Source of the DNA: Isurus oxyrinchus
Lineage: Eukaryota
Reading direction: 5' to 3'
Assembly (NCBI GenBank): GCA_026770705.1
Contig: JANJGN010000036.1
Span: forward strand, 1,984,001-2,048,000
DNA length: 64,000 nt
The position numbers and the translations under genes are program-made. The notes beneath the pieces are model-generated. The model did no database searches, was not told where the DNA came from, and saw only the letters and a program-made list of their open reading frames with translations. Of the stretch, positions 37,120-50,028 are shown piece after piece (the stretch's first letter is position 1; each line of letters starts with the position of its first letter).

Positions 37120-40100
37120 CAAAACGATAGGTGAAAGAAAGAGCAGCAAGATGGATACAAGATTGGCTCAGATAAAAGCAGAGAATAGTAAAGAGTTCTT
37201 TCTTATATTAATGGAAATAAACAGTGGGCTTCCCCTGGGGACAGTATTTTATGCATAATAATGACCTGGAATCTGTCGCATAGGCATAATTGTAATGTTT
37301 TCAAAAGATAAACTTGCGAGTGCAGTACATGATGAGACAGTAAGCAATGGATTTCAAGAGGGCAGAGGCAGACACATAGCAGATCACTTTTAAAACAGAA
37401 GAATTAAGTGATACATTTTATTATGAAGCGTTGGAAAGGCAATGAGAATAAATGCTGCAACTTTAAAAGAAGATGCAGGAATAAACACAAACGACAATCT
37501 GACAGGAGAACTTCCTCCTCATTTCTAATAGACACTGTGTGGGGCAGCTTTGAATGTGGCCGGATAAATTAAGACGATTTTTTCAAAAACAAAAAAAGAT
37601 CCCTTGTCGTTAAATAGCAGAGGAATTGAATACAAAAAAAAAGCACGGAAGCTACGTGAAACCTTTGTAAAACACTGGCTAGGCCACAAATGCAGCATTG
37701 TGTACAAATATGTCCCCACTCTCTGGGGACTAGTCAAGGCCTTGGAGATGGGTTAGATGTGATTTGCCTGCTTGACTCCATGAATGAGGAACGTCAGTAG
37801 TGTGGAAAGACTTGAAAAATTGTATTTTTCTCCTCAAAGCACAGAAGATTAAGAGGAGATTTGATAAAGCCTTTCACTTGCTGCAGACTCTGTGACTGTG
37901 AACAGTCACCTACTTTAGAGGAAGTGATTGTAAACAGAGGTGCCTATGATAAAGTGGCTAACTGTGAATTGAGAGACCTGTGATAGAGGGACAGACTGTG
38001 AACAGAGACACCTCCTGTGGGGGGAGTGAGGCTGAACAAGGAGACAAATGATATGGAAATAAAACAGGAAAGTGGAGTCGAAGAAGTAAGGACAAGTCTA
38101 CCGAGCACAGAGATCTCCAGTGGGGCCCAGAGTATCAAATGTGTTAAAGGGGTCACCCCCACAACCCACGGTCAACTGTGTGCGTTATCTTCAGAGAAAA
38201 TGTTTCTTCCCATAACAAAGAGCATAATTAGAGGTCATCAATATAACACAGTAACTAATAAATGCAATAGAAAATTCAGGAGAATCGTCTTTACCCAGAA
38301 AGTGGTGAGACTGTGAATGTCACTACCAGAGGGAGTGACTGGGGTGAATAGAAGAAGAGTTTTCTAGGAAATTAGACAAACATTTGAGGGAAAAGGGTGG
38401 TTGTTAAATTTAGTTTTAAACAAGAAAAAAAATGGAGGAGGCTTGAGTGGAGAATGAACACTGCCTTGGACTGGTCAGGCAGAATGCTCTGTTTCTCTGT
38501 TATACACCTTTTCTAATCATCTAATGGAGAGAAGTGAAAAGCAGATTTTTTTAAAGTTTAGGGGCCAGTCAATGTTGGCAATCAGAGGCTTTTTTGAGTG
38601 CCCATGTGCACAAATCACATGCAGTTAACATTCAGTTCAGCAAGATTTTGGCAAATACTATGTCAGTCATTATTTGCAAGGGCGTTGGAATGTAAAAGTA
38701 AGGAAGTAGTACTGCAATTGTACAGGGCTGTGTTCAGATCATACCTGGGCACTTTCAAGGTGGAAGATGTGTCATGTGGAGTATGAAAAGGAACGTTGAG
38801 AGGGCTTCAAAAATTTACAATCTCCATTAATCTTAGATGAAGAAACCGAGAGTAATATATCTAAATTTGATGACAATGTAAAGCTCTGTTGGAATGCAAA
38901 CTGTGAGGAGGACACAAAGAGGCTGCAAAGAGATGTCATCAGTTTAAGTAAGTAGTCAACAAGATGGCTGAAGGGACATAATATGGGAATTGAGACGTTA
39001 TTCACATTGTTTGCAAATATAGACCAAAAGGCACATTTCTTTGCTTCTCCTCGTCCAAGGGACTGAGATTGATCTATTTTTGGACTCTATGGGAATCAAG
39101 GGATCTGGGGATAATGCGGGAAATTGGAGCTGAGGTAAGAGATCAGAAGAGAACTTACTGAATGGTAGACTAGGCTATAAAGGCTGAAAGGCCTCCTCCT
39201 GTTCCTGTTCCCTCTGTGGAGGCAGAGCCTAACACGTCAAATGGTTTTGGAAAATCTGCATGTCAGGCAGGGGTGGAGTTAAGATAGGGCAAAACATTTT
39301 ACTCATGTTTGGATCACGCTGCTAGTTTAACTGATGTTTGAGTTGTGCTGGGGTTGCAGTGGTGTGTGCTACAAGTTATTAGAGTTATGTTAATGGAGGG
39401 CCAATCACTCATGCTGCATCTTGCAACCCTCTTTTCTAGAGATCAGACCCCAGCAGCAAATGGAGTCCCTCTTCCTTGGACAGGATTCCATACTCAGTAA
39501 GTGGCTTTTGACGGGATGTTGTAAGGTGATCAGTTGTTTTGAGGGTGGATGTGGCATTATCTATGCTGCCTGAAGGTGATGACGGCCCAAGCCATTCAAC
39601 CCATTGATCTGTGTTGTCCCTCTGAAATAGCTCCCTGCCCAGCCTTAGTGTACACTCCCCTCAGCTCATAAACTGTTATTTTTGAAATACTGATCAATAT
39701 CCTTTTAAGATCTTTTCGCAATTCTGTTCCAAGAAAGCAAGTCCCTGACCAATAACCCGTTGCCTAAAAGATATTATCCTATCCTCTGCCTTGATTATTT
39801 TTGGCAATGATTTTAACTCAATAGTGGCCAATGTAACCGTCCCTGAAGACAGCTCGGGTGGAGGGGGGCGGTGATAATAAAAAGCTCTGACTGAAAGTAA
39901 GCAGTAATGAGGAGATAAAGAGTCTGCAAAGGGAGTTAAACTGCTCAGTTGATTGGGTGAGAAAGTGGCAGATTGAGTGTAATGTTATGAAATGTGACGT
40001 CTTGCTTGGGGGTGGGAAGAATAGATACACAGGGTCTTTGTAAAAGTTGAGTGACTTGGAAATACTGGTACTCAGAGGGATTGGATGCCCTTGTAAACTT

Positions 40101-40830
40101 AACGCAGGAAACCAACAATCAGGGACAGCAAGCACATTAGGGAGGTAAATCGTTTGTTCAGGCTCATTGCGAGGAGGGTTGGAGTTTAAGAGTAAGGGGA
40201 ATCTTTGTGTAATTGTTGAATGTGTTACTGAGAAAGTACCTGGACCTTATCTGGAATAATGTGTGCAGTTTTGCTCTACTTACCTAAGGAAGGATGCACT
40301 TGCCTGAGAGGGAGTGCAATGCGTGTTCACTGGATTGATTCCTTGGATGAGAGGATTGTCATATGATAAGAGATTGAATAGAATGATTCTATATCCTCAG
40401 GAGTTTAGAAGAAATATTGGTGATCTCATTGAAATGTGTAAAATTCTCGGAGAGTTTGACTGGGCAGATGTTGAGAGACTGTTTCAGCCCCGTTATCCCC
40501 AGCCCCCCAACCCCACCTCCCTGCCTTGGCTGGTGTGTTCAGGACACAGGATCACAGTCTCAGGATTATGAGGCAGCTACATAGGGCTGGGTTATGGAGA
40601 AAATTTTTCACTCAGTGTTGTGAAGCTTTGGAATTCTCCATCCCAGGGAGCTGTGGGTGCTCAGTCACTGAGTATATCCAATGCAGAGATACGAGAATAT
40701 AGAGTTGGGTGACTGCGTATATTCAAGGCTGATATCAATAGATTAATGCATACTTAGGAAATTAAGGGATGTGGAAATAAGGCAGGGAGATGGCGTTGAA
40801 CTAGACAATCACCGATAATCTAATTGAAAG
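37120..40830 (+). mobile_element. Cluster of old CR1 fragments (about 37120-37875, 38200-38520, 38560-39210, 39890-40830)
   Basis: Degenerate RT and C-terminal motifs (KFDDNVKL, LECKSKEVVL, RRNIGDLIE) and CR1 tails. Confidence 0.7.
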
Positions 40831-41419
40831 GTGGAGCAGGCGCAAAGGGCCGAAAAGCCTCCTCCTGCTCCAGTTCCTGATGTTCTTTTGTGTGAAGGTC
40901 GGTGTGGGGTGTACAATAAGTTTTGGTTGATTTAATGTCTGCTTTAGGCCTTCATACATTTATCAATCCAGTTGAAATTACGACAATGATGATTCACATT
41001 TTCCAACAACCAGGTCCCAGTCTGTAGCTGAAAGCAGCACTGAAAGCACCTCAGCCCATCTCCATCCACTCACACACAACGTGGCTAGTGCTTCAAATGT
41101 CTTATTTTAGCTCCCGATACCGAATGGTTGCTGTTTTTGGCCTGTTTGTGAAGTAGTGCAGGTGTTGTGGTCACTCGCCTCAGGGCAAAGGGGGAGAGCG
41201 ACACAGGAGGAGGAACTGAAACCTTTCTGTTCACTGGGCGATTAGCAGCCAAGGGTGACAGCATCTGTCCCCAGCTTCCACTCTCTGAAATTTCACAGAA
41301 GCGGCTGTGGTTTCACACAGGAAAACGACAGAAATCTCAGAGGCACATTTGAACCCGATATTCTTGGACACCTTGCACTTTACAGAAACTGACAACCCAA
41401 TGTGTGCCGGGCCGCACAA

Positions 41420-41680
41420 AAACAACCAGCAAAACTCCTATTATTTATCCCCTGGACTGTCTCACTCTTCACTTCTCGACTCTGTTTCCAAACACACCTG
41501 CCTCAAAACCTAACTCGCACCAAGTATCATTCACCCATCAAACCACCCCAGCCTGTGGTCGCTGCTCTGCTTTGGCTCGCAGTTATGCCATGCCTTGATT
41601 TTAAACTGTTCATCTTTGCTTTGAAATCCCACGAGTCTCTCTCCCCTCCCTATCTCTGTAAGTTTTCCAGCCCCTACAGA
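41420..41680 (+). mobile_element. L2-like LINE ORF2 C-terminal fragment
   Basis: ORF 41402-41794 has LTRTKYHSPI...LLWL...DFKLFIFALKS...SPPYL, resembling the L2 HITP..LHWLP..FK..F K..APPYL motif. Confidence 0.65.
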
Positions 41681-41843
41681 CCACCCTGTTCCTGTAACCT
41701 CCTCATGCCTTCTAATCTCTGTGACCTGATCAAGCACTGCACACCTCTCCATCTCTGTAATTCCTCCAGACCCTACATCATTCCCTCTCTGTGACATATT
41801 CAAACCAGTACAAACCTCCCTATCTCTGTAACTTTATCCAGCA

Positions 41844-42011
41844 NNNNNNNNNNNNNNNNNNNNNNNNNNNNNNNNNNNNNNNNNNNNNNNNNNNNNNNNN
41901 NNNNNNNNNNNNNNNNNNNNNNNNNNNNNNNNNNNNNNNNNNNNNNNNNNNNNNNNNNNNNNNNNNNNNNNNNNNNNNNNNNNNNNNNNNNNNNNNNNNN
42001 NNNNNNNNNNN
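41844..42011. other. Assembly gap (168 N)
   Basis: Run of N. Confidence 1.
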
Positions 42012-42582
42012 CCAAACCTATATCACTCCCTATCTCTTTAGGCTTCCTCCATCTCCTAAAATACTCCCTCTCCCTGTAACCAACTCAGACCAGTACACCC
42101 CTCAGAATCTCTGGAATCCTCTAAGACACCAACTGTTTCTGTAAACACCTTCAGTCCTTACAGCCCTCCATATTACTGTAAATTCCAATAGCCGCTACAA
42201 CACTCCCTATCTCCGTAATGCCCTCCTGTGCCAAAAACCCTCCCTACCTCTATAATCTGATGCAGCAGCTACAATGCTCCCTATCTCTGTGACTTGATTC
42301 AGCCACTGCAGCCCTCTTTATCTCTGTAACGTTCTTCAGACCCGACATCACTCCCTTACTCTGTGAATTCCTCCACCCCCCACAATCCTGCCTCCTAATT
42401 CTTTAACTTTCTCCAGCCCACACCCCCCAAACACCCCGGTCTCAGTATCCCTGCTCCAGCCCCTACACACCTCCATATCTGTCTAACCTACCCTCGAACC
42501 CCTCTAATGCTCCTTATTCCTGTACCCTCTGCAACCATCACAACTTTCCCTATGCATGTAACCTCCTCCAACCACTGAAACA

Positions 42583-44526
42583 ATACAAATTGGCCAGAAA
42601 AAACAACAGACCTGAGGATTGGGAACAGTTTAGAATTCAGCAATGGAGGACCAAATTATTGATTAAGAAGGGGAAAATACATTACAGAGTAAGGTTGCAG
42701 GGAACATAAAATCTGCCTGTAAAAGTTTCTATAGTAGTGTAGAGAAAAAGATTGGTGAAGACAAATGTAGGTCCCTTACAGTCAAAAACAGGGGAAATTA
42801 TAATGAGGAATAAAGAAATAGCTGACCAACTAAATACATACTTTGGTTCTGTCTTCACAAAGGAGGACACTAATAACATATCAGAAATGTTGGGGAACAC
42901 AGGGTTTAGTGAGAGGGAGGAACTGAAAGACATCAGTATTAGTCGGGAAATGGTGTTGGGGAAATTGATGGGATTGAAGGCCGATAAATCCCCGGCACCT
43001 GATAATCTACATCCCAGAGTAATTAAGGAAGTGGCCCAAGAAATAGTGGCTACATTGATGGATGGTCATCTTCCAAGATTCTATACACTCTGGAACAGTT
43101 CCTACAGGTTAGAGGGTAGCTAATGTAACTCCACTATTTAAAAAGGGAGGTAGAGAGAAAACAGGGAATTATAGACCTGTCCGCCTGACGTCGGTAGTGG
43201 GGAAAATCCTAGAGTGCATTATAAAAGATTTAATTGCTGAGCACGTGGAAAGCAGTGGCAGAATCGGACATGGTCAGCATGGATTTATGAAAGGGAAATC
43301 ATGCTTGACAAATCTACTGGAATTTTTAGAGGACGTAACTAGTAGAGTTGATGTGGGGGAGCCAGTGGATGTGGTTTATTTGCACTTTCATAAGGCTTTC
43401 GCCAAAGTCCCGCATGTAAAATTAAAGCACATGGAATTCAGGGTAGTGAATTGAGATGGACAGAAAACTGTTTGGCAGACAGGAAACAGTGGTCTTAAAC
43501 GGTTCATTTTCCGAATGGCAGGCAGTGACTAGTGGGGTACCGCAGGGATCGGTGCTGGGACCCCAGTTATTCACAATATATATTAATGATTTAAATGAGG
43601 GAATTCACTGCAATATTTCCAAATTTGCAGATGACACAAAGCTGGGTGGGAAGGTGAGCTGTGAGGAGGATGCAGAGATGCTTCAGTGTGATTTGGCCAG
43701 CTGAGTGAGTGGGCAAATCCATGGCAGATGCAGTATAATGTGGATAAATACGGGATTATCCATTTTGGTAGCAAAAACATGAAGGCAGATAATTATCTGA
43801 ATGCAGAGAAATTAGGAGAGGAGAATGTGCATCGAGACCTGGGTGTCCTTGTACTCCAGTCACTGAAGGTAAGCATGCAGTTGCAGCAGCCGCTAAAGAA
43901 GGCAAATGGTATGTTTGCCTTCATAGCCAGATGATTCGAGTACAGGAACAGGGATGTCTTGCTGCAGTTGCACAGAGCCTTGGTGAGACGACACCTGGAA
44001 TATTGTGTGCAGTATTGGCCTCCTTATCTGAGGAATAATGTACCTGCTATAGGGGGAGTGCAGCATATGTTTACCCAACTGATTCTTGGAATGGCGGGAC
44101 TGACATACAAGGAGAGATTGATTTGATTAGGACTATATTTGCTGGAGTTCGGGAGAATGAGGGAGGATCTCATAAAAACCTACAAAATTCTAACAGGACA
44201 AGACAGTGGCGATGGTGGAGTCCAGAATCAGGAGTCACAGTCTGAGGATATGGGGTAGACCATTTAGGGCTGAGATGAGGAGAAATTCCTTCACCCAGAG
44301 AATGGTGAGCCTGTGGAGTTCGTTACCACAGAAAATAGATGAGACCAAAACATTATATATTTTCAAGAAAGATGTAGATATTGCTCTTGGGGTGAAAGGA
44401 TTAAAGGATATGGGAAGAAAGCAGGAGCAGGCTATTGAGTTAATCAGCCATGATCATAATGAATAGTGGAGCAGGCTTGAAGGGGCGAATGGCCTACTGC
44501 TGCACCTAGTTTCTATGTTTCTATGA
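42583..44526 (+). mobile_element. 5'-truncated CR1 LINE (ORF2 RT through 3' tail), frameshifted
   Basis: LNTYFGSVFT, KSPAPDNLHPRV, QHGFMKGKSCLTNL, SGVPQGSVLGPQLF and KFADDTKLG motifs. (tttctatg)2 tail. Confidence 0.95.
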
Positions 44527-45217
44527 TTATCTGAACCCCTCCCTATCTCCATAATCACCTCCAGCCCCACCGTGACCTTCTCTGTGACCTTCTCCAGCAA
44601 CTGTAAACCTCCATATCTCTGTCAGTTTTTTGTAATCCTTACAACAATCTCTGCATCGTTCTCCAGCCACCACAACATTCACCTATCTCTGTAATCTCCC
44701 CCAGCCCCTGAAATTCTTATCGGTTTGCGTGGCCGAGTGGCCCACTCCTGCTCCTATTTTGTATATTTGTGTGTTCGTATCCGCTGCAGGAATTCACCAA
44801 AGCTCCTTCATCAGCACCTTTCAAACCCTCGACCACTGCTACCTAGAAGGGCAAGGGTAGTAGATGCATGGGAAAATCATTGCAGAGAGAGAGAGAGAGA
44901 GTGAAATAGGTGAAGAAAAGGCCAATAGACAGGGAGCACCGATTATTAAAAGCGGCATAGAGTTCAAGAGCAAGGAAGTTATGTTGATTATTTATTAGGC
45001 ATGAGTTAGGCCTCTGCTTGAGTATTGTGCCCTGTTCTGGGTGCCACATTTTAGGAGGGGTGTGAAGCCACAGGGCAGAGTGCAAAAAAGTTTTACGAGA
45101 ATGGTTCCATGGGTGAGGAACTTAAGTTATGTAGATGGATTGGGGAATTTGGGACTGTTTTCATTGGAGAAAAAAATGAATGAGGGCAGAATCTATAGAG
45201 GTACACAAGATCCTGTT

Positions 45218-45520
45218 GGGGTGTTTGTGACACACTGGTTAGTGCCCCTACCTCTGAGCCAGTCACTCCAAGTGCGAGTCCCACTTCAGGACTTGATGGC
45301 CATGGAAGGTGTGTCCATAACGTGGCCGAACTGGTTTATTATCAGCCTGGAAATCCTTCCAATGTGTCAGATGGCAGGTGGTAAGAGTGGGAGAGACTCC
45401 TGGTCAGCCGGAACCTGCAGAAGGCAATGGCAAAGCACTGCAGCACCTTGTCAAGGATAACCATGGAGCAAGACATGGAAGGGAAAGGCTGTCTTAGGAC
45501 AGGGTATCTGAAGAAAAAGA
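45218..45520 (+). mobile_element. tRNA-derived SINE with RTE/BovB-like tail, inserted in a CR1 fragment (44930-45575)
   Basis: A-box-like and B-box-like (agtgcgagtccc) head. Tail motif gaaggcaatggcaaagcactgcagcaccttg...ccatgga. gaagaa end. Confidence 0.6.
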
Positions 45521-45896
45521 GATTTAAGATCATGAGGATTCTGGACACTCGGAGACGGTGAGAAACTATTTGTGCGTTTTGAGTATAACAACATTTGTAG
45601 CATCTTATCAGTCAATATAGGCTGCAAAATATATTCTATGAATCCAGGCTTGTAATATCCAGACAAGCAGACACACACAAACTCAGGTATACAAATACAG
45701 ACAGACAGACACAGACACATGAGAGAATAATTCCCATATGTCACATATCTGTTCTCCTTCCTTAGGTCTGGGGATGAAAACTCTCCTCAGTAATCCAGGT
45801 GTTCTCTCAGCAAAACACTTGCAGCAAGATGTGCTTACTCTTAAACTCCAACCCCTTTGCAATGAAGGCCAACAGTTCATTTCCCTTTCTCTTGGT

Positions 45897-48800
45897 TACC
45901 CCTCGATTAGATTCTAGTCCGTAACTCACTCCCGGGTACCTGTTATTCTATATATTAACCATCCCGAACCCCTTGATTAGATTCCAGTCTGTAACTCACT
46001 CCCGGGCATATGGCAACTGATATATAAACCACCACAAAGCTTTCTATTAGATTCCAGTCTGTAACTCACTCCTGGGTATCTGTTATTCTATATATAAACC
46101 ACCTCGATGAGATTCCAGCACTTCCACATCACAAGTTGAGGAAGGGATCTCCCTCCATTTTAAAGATGGACAAGGGATCTTGCTCTAATTTTAAGGTTGA
46201 GAAAGGATCTCCTTGCATTTTAAAGATGGGGATGGGATCTCCCACAATTTTCAAAATGGACTTGGGACCTCTCTTCATTTTAAACATGGAGATGGGATTT
46301 CCCTCCATTTTAAAGATGTAAGACGGATCTCGCTCCATTTTAATGACGGAGAAGGGATCTCCCTGCAATTTCAAGATGGGGAATGGATATGTCACAGGAT
46401 GTGCTTCTTTATACCCAGTAATGTTTACAAATTTTTGAACATTTCCACTTTTCCCCTGCTCTGCCTCTTTCCTTCATCCCGTCTCATTCCTTCTCTTGCT
46501 TTCCCACAGCATCTGCCAGTCACTCTCACCACATTTCTCTGTTTCTCTGTCTAACCCCATCACTTTATCCCACACTCACTCCCCTCTCTTCAGCTCTCTT
46601 TCTCTCTCACCCCATCCCTGTTTTTGGCGCGATACCCACTCTCTATCTCACTCTCTCGTTCCATCTGTCTTTCTCTCTCACCCTGTCTTTCTGCTACTCT
46701 GTTCCTCTATCTCTTGTTCCATCTATCATTCTCTCTGTCACTCCCTTCCTCTGTTGCTCTGCTCCTCTCTCTGTCGCCCCCATCTCTCTCCCTCTCCCCG
46801 TCTCTCTTTCGCTCTCTTTCTATCTCTGTCTCTCTCTCGTCCCGTCTCTCTCCCTCTCTCTCTCTCTCTCGCCCTGTCTCTCTCTCTCTCTCCCCCTATC
46901 CCTCTCCCAGTCTCCTTTGAGCCAAAATTGGACGTGAAGCTGAATGCAAAATATTTTCAGGGTCATGGCTAAAAGGCAGACGAGTGAGACCAGTGAAACG
47001 TGGATACAAAATTGGCTGAGGGATAGTTGGGTATTTATCAGGCTGGAAGTAGGATTGCAGTGGAGTTCCCCAGGGGTTGATATTGGGAGCTTTGATTTTC
47101 CTGATTTAGATCTTGGTGTGCAGGGGATCAATTCAGAGTTTGTGGAAGGCACAAAACTTGGGAGAATTGTAAACAATGAGGGGGACAGTGTAGAACATTG
47201 ACAAGTTGGTATAGTGGGCAGATAGTTGGCCAATGATGTTCAATGTTGAGACGTGCGAGGTGATGCATTATGGTAGGAGGAACATGGACAGACAAAATAT
47301 AATGAGGGGTGAAATTCTGAAGGGGGTGCAGGAGCAGAAGCCCTGGGTGTATATGTGCACAGATCATTGAAGGCGGCAGGGCAGGTTGAGAGATTGTGTA
47401 ATGAAGCATATCGTATTCGGGGCTTTATTAATAGGGGCATTGTGTACAAGAGCAGGGGGGTTATGCTGAATTTATATAAGACACTAGTTAGACCTCAGCT
47501 GGAGTATTGTGTACGGTCCTAGAAGCCACACTACAGGAAGGATGTGATTCCCGGGACAGTGTCATTGTGTGGCATGGAATTGAATTTTACACCCCTTCTG
47601 TGTTTGATATTGGAGTCATCTTCATTTGGGGTGTGCTGTGTTTTGTAGACATTTTCATATATTTTTAAATAATTCCCTCTTTTGATAGCCTGCATCAGGT
47701 TCAGTGTGAACTGGAGCTTTGCAACCATTTTTAAAATTGTTTGAAGATATTTTTTAAACTTTGGCCCCTAATTCAAATCTCTCCCACAAGGGGAAACATC
47801 CTCTCCACATCCACCCTGTCAAGTCCCCTCAGGGTCTCATAGGTTTCACTAAGATCACCTCTCCAAATTCTAAACTCCAATCGACACAGGCCCAGCCTGT
47901 CCAACCATTCCTCATAAGAAAATAAAAATTATTTCCTCATAAGATCAGAGATGATGAGAAATGCCTCACACAATTGGCCTTGTCCTTCTCTTCATTGTTG
48001 TCTGAGCAACAATCAGTTTCCGTTCTGACTGCATTAAACCAGGCCTCTGTTTCTATTACACGAGACCCTGCCTCAGTTATCACTGCACGAGACATTCTCT
48101 AAGTCGAGATAACATGCGGCCATGTTTCTGCAAATGTTACATTTCACCCGGTCTCTGCTTGGACTGCACATTTCCCTGCATATCACACAATAGGCCCTGT
48201 CTATACTTGGTATCTAACCCCATGCTGCCCCTTCCCTGGACCTGGTTGACAGGACAGAGCAGAGGGAATTTTAGTCTCGGTTGAACCCCATACTCTATTT
48301 GGGTTGGGTGTGTTTGTTGAACAGTGTGGGTGAAGCTTTACACTGGAATTTAGGTGAGGGGATGATTTGATGAAATATTTCAGGTTAAAAATAGAAATAG
48401 AGGTGGTTGATAAAGCGTAACTATTTCTACCGGTTTGGGGAGTCAAAGCCTTGCGTCCATGGTTTTTAGACGATGTTTCGAAGTTTAGAATTTCAGGGGA
48501 GAAACTAAGAAACACTTTAAAACATCAAGTACGGTATTAGTTTGAACTCGCTCACATGAACGGAAATTGATGGTCAGCCACTAGTCCATGATAGATTTCT
48601 GAAACCTAACAGAGATTTGAGACAAATCGGTTCGATCACAGATCAGCCAGGATCTCACTGAATGTCAAAACAGGTTTGAAGTGTTAATTGGTCTCTCTCT
48701 CTTTCCATGTGCTATGACCAATATCATTTATTCACTCTCTGGCTCTCAGTCACCCAATCAGCCTGAGAGTCTCTATTTCTCATTCACTGGATCTGTGTCT

Positions 48801-49500
48801 TCTCTCCCTGCCTCTCTTATTCTGAGATTCTAGTCTACAAACACCAGTCAGCCATTTTAGGTTTGTTCACAGTGGTCATTTTATGTTCCCACAGCACTGG
48901 GATATTTATGACAGAGTGACCCCTCACTCATCTAACATTAGTACTTTAAACGTGACAGAGTCACAAGTATGGAGACATAAATTTCACTTGCATTCCTTGG
49001 AATATTGAAGGATCCGGGCGTTCAGCCCCACACTTTGCTGCTGTGAATTTGAATTTTGAATTTTCTAAAATTGAATCTAGAATTAAAACCCCCCAGGATG
49101 GAATGATTCAAATTCTGTCTGCTGCTGCAAAGCCCGTGTGTGCGTCTCAGTTTCTCGGTATTTATTAACATTTTAAGATAACTGGATAGAATGCCACAAA
49201 GTTAGCCATAAATCAACTCAGTCATAAATATCACAATACTCTGACCAATATCATTCTTTCATTGTCTACCTCTTCATCCCCTCTCGCTCTGTGTCTCCAT
49301 CTTTAACATTCGCTCGTTCTGCAACTTCTATGTTTCTCTCTCTCTCTCTCTCAGATCCTGTAAGAAAAATCCCCAAACACCAGTCAGCTATTTTAGGTTT
49401 GTTCACATTAGCCATTTTATGTTCCCACAGCACTGGGACATTTATGACAGAGTTGATTTCTCACGAATGTGACATTAGCACTTTCAATGTAACAAAGACA
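45897..49500 (+). repeat. Duplicated block B, copy 2, preceded by about 3 monomers of the 70-bp satellite (45897-46118)
   Basis: Same satellite/ttccacatcacaagttgaggaaggg junction as at 18700. Extra segment at about 48200-48640. Confidence 0.9.
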
Positions 49501-49997
49501 CAGGGATCTCCCTCCATTTTGAATATGGAGAAGGAGCTCCCTCCATTTAAATGTTGGAGAAGGGATCTCTCTCCATTTTTAAGATGGAGGAGGGATCTCC
49601 CTCCATTTAAAAGATGGAGAGGATATCTGCCTCCATTTTAAATATTGAGGATCGTTTTCGCTCCATTTCGTCAGTTCTCTCTCTCCCTGCCGCTTTTGCC
49701 TTTTCCCGACTGTCTCTCTGATTCTCTCTCTCTCCCATTGTCTATTTCGGACACTCACTCCCCTCTCTCTGTCTCTCTCCCTCACCACATCCATTTTTCT
49801 TTCACTCAATTGCCTCTCTCTATCTCTTTCTCTTGCTCTCTCTCTATTTCGCTCACACCCCATCTCCCTGTCACTATGTTCCTCTCTCTCTCTCGCCCCA
49901 TCTCTCTGCCTCTCACCCTCTCTCTGTCTCTGCCTCTCACTCTATCTCTCTGTCACTCTCTGACCTTCTGTCTATTCTGCCTCTTACGGACACCAAT

Positions 49998-50028
<31 letters not shown>

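Larger units (their letters stand above)
41640..44710. repeat. ~37-bp degenerate minisatellite (ccctccctatctctgtaacctcctccagcccctacaa), split by a gap and a CR1 insertion
   Basis: Units at 41640-42582 and 44535-44710. Confidence 0.8.

Noticed and set aside
41791-42144. ORFs spanning the N run
   Set aside because: Artefacts of the assembly gap.
45218-45290. Functional tRNA gene
   Set aside because: Degenerate B box, no clear cloverleaf or poly-T terminator, and it continues into a SINE body.
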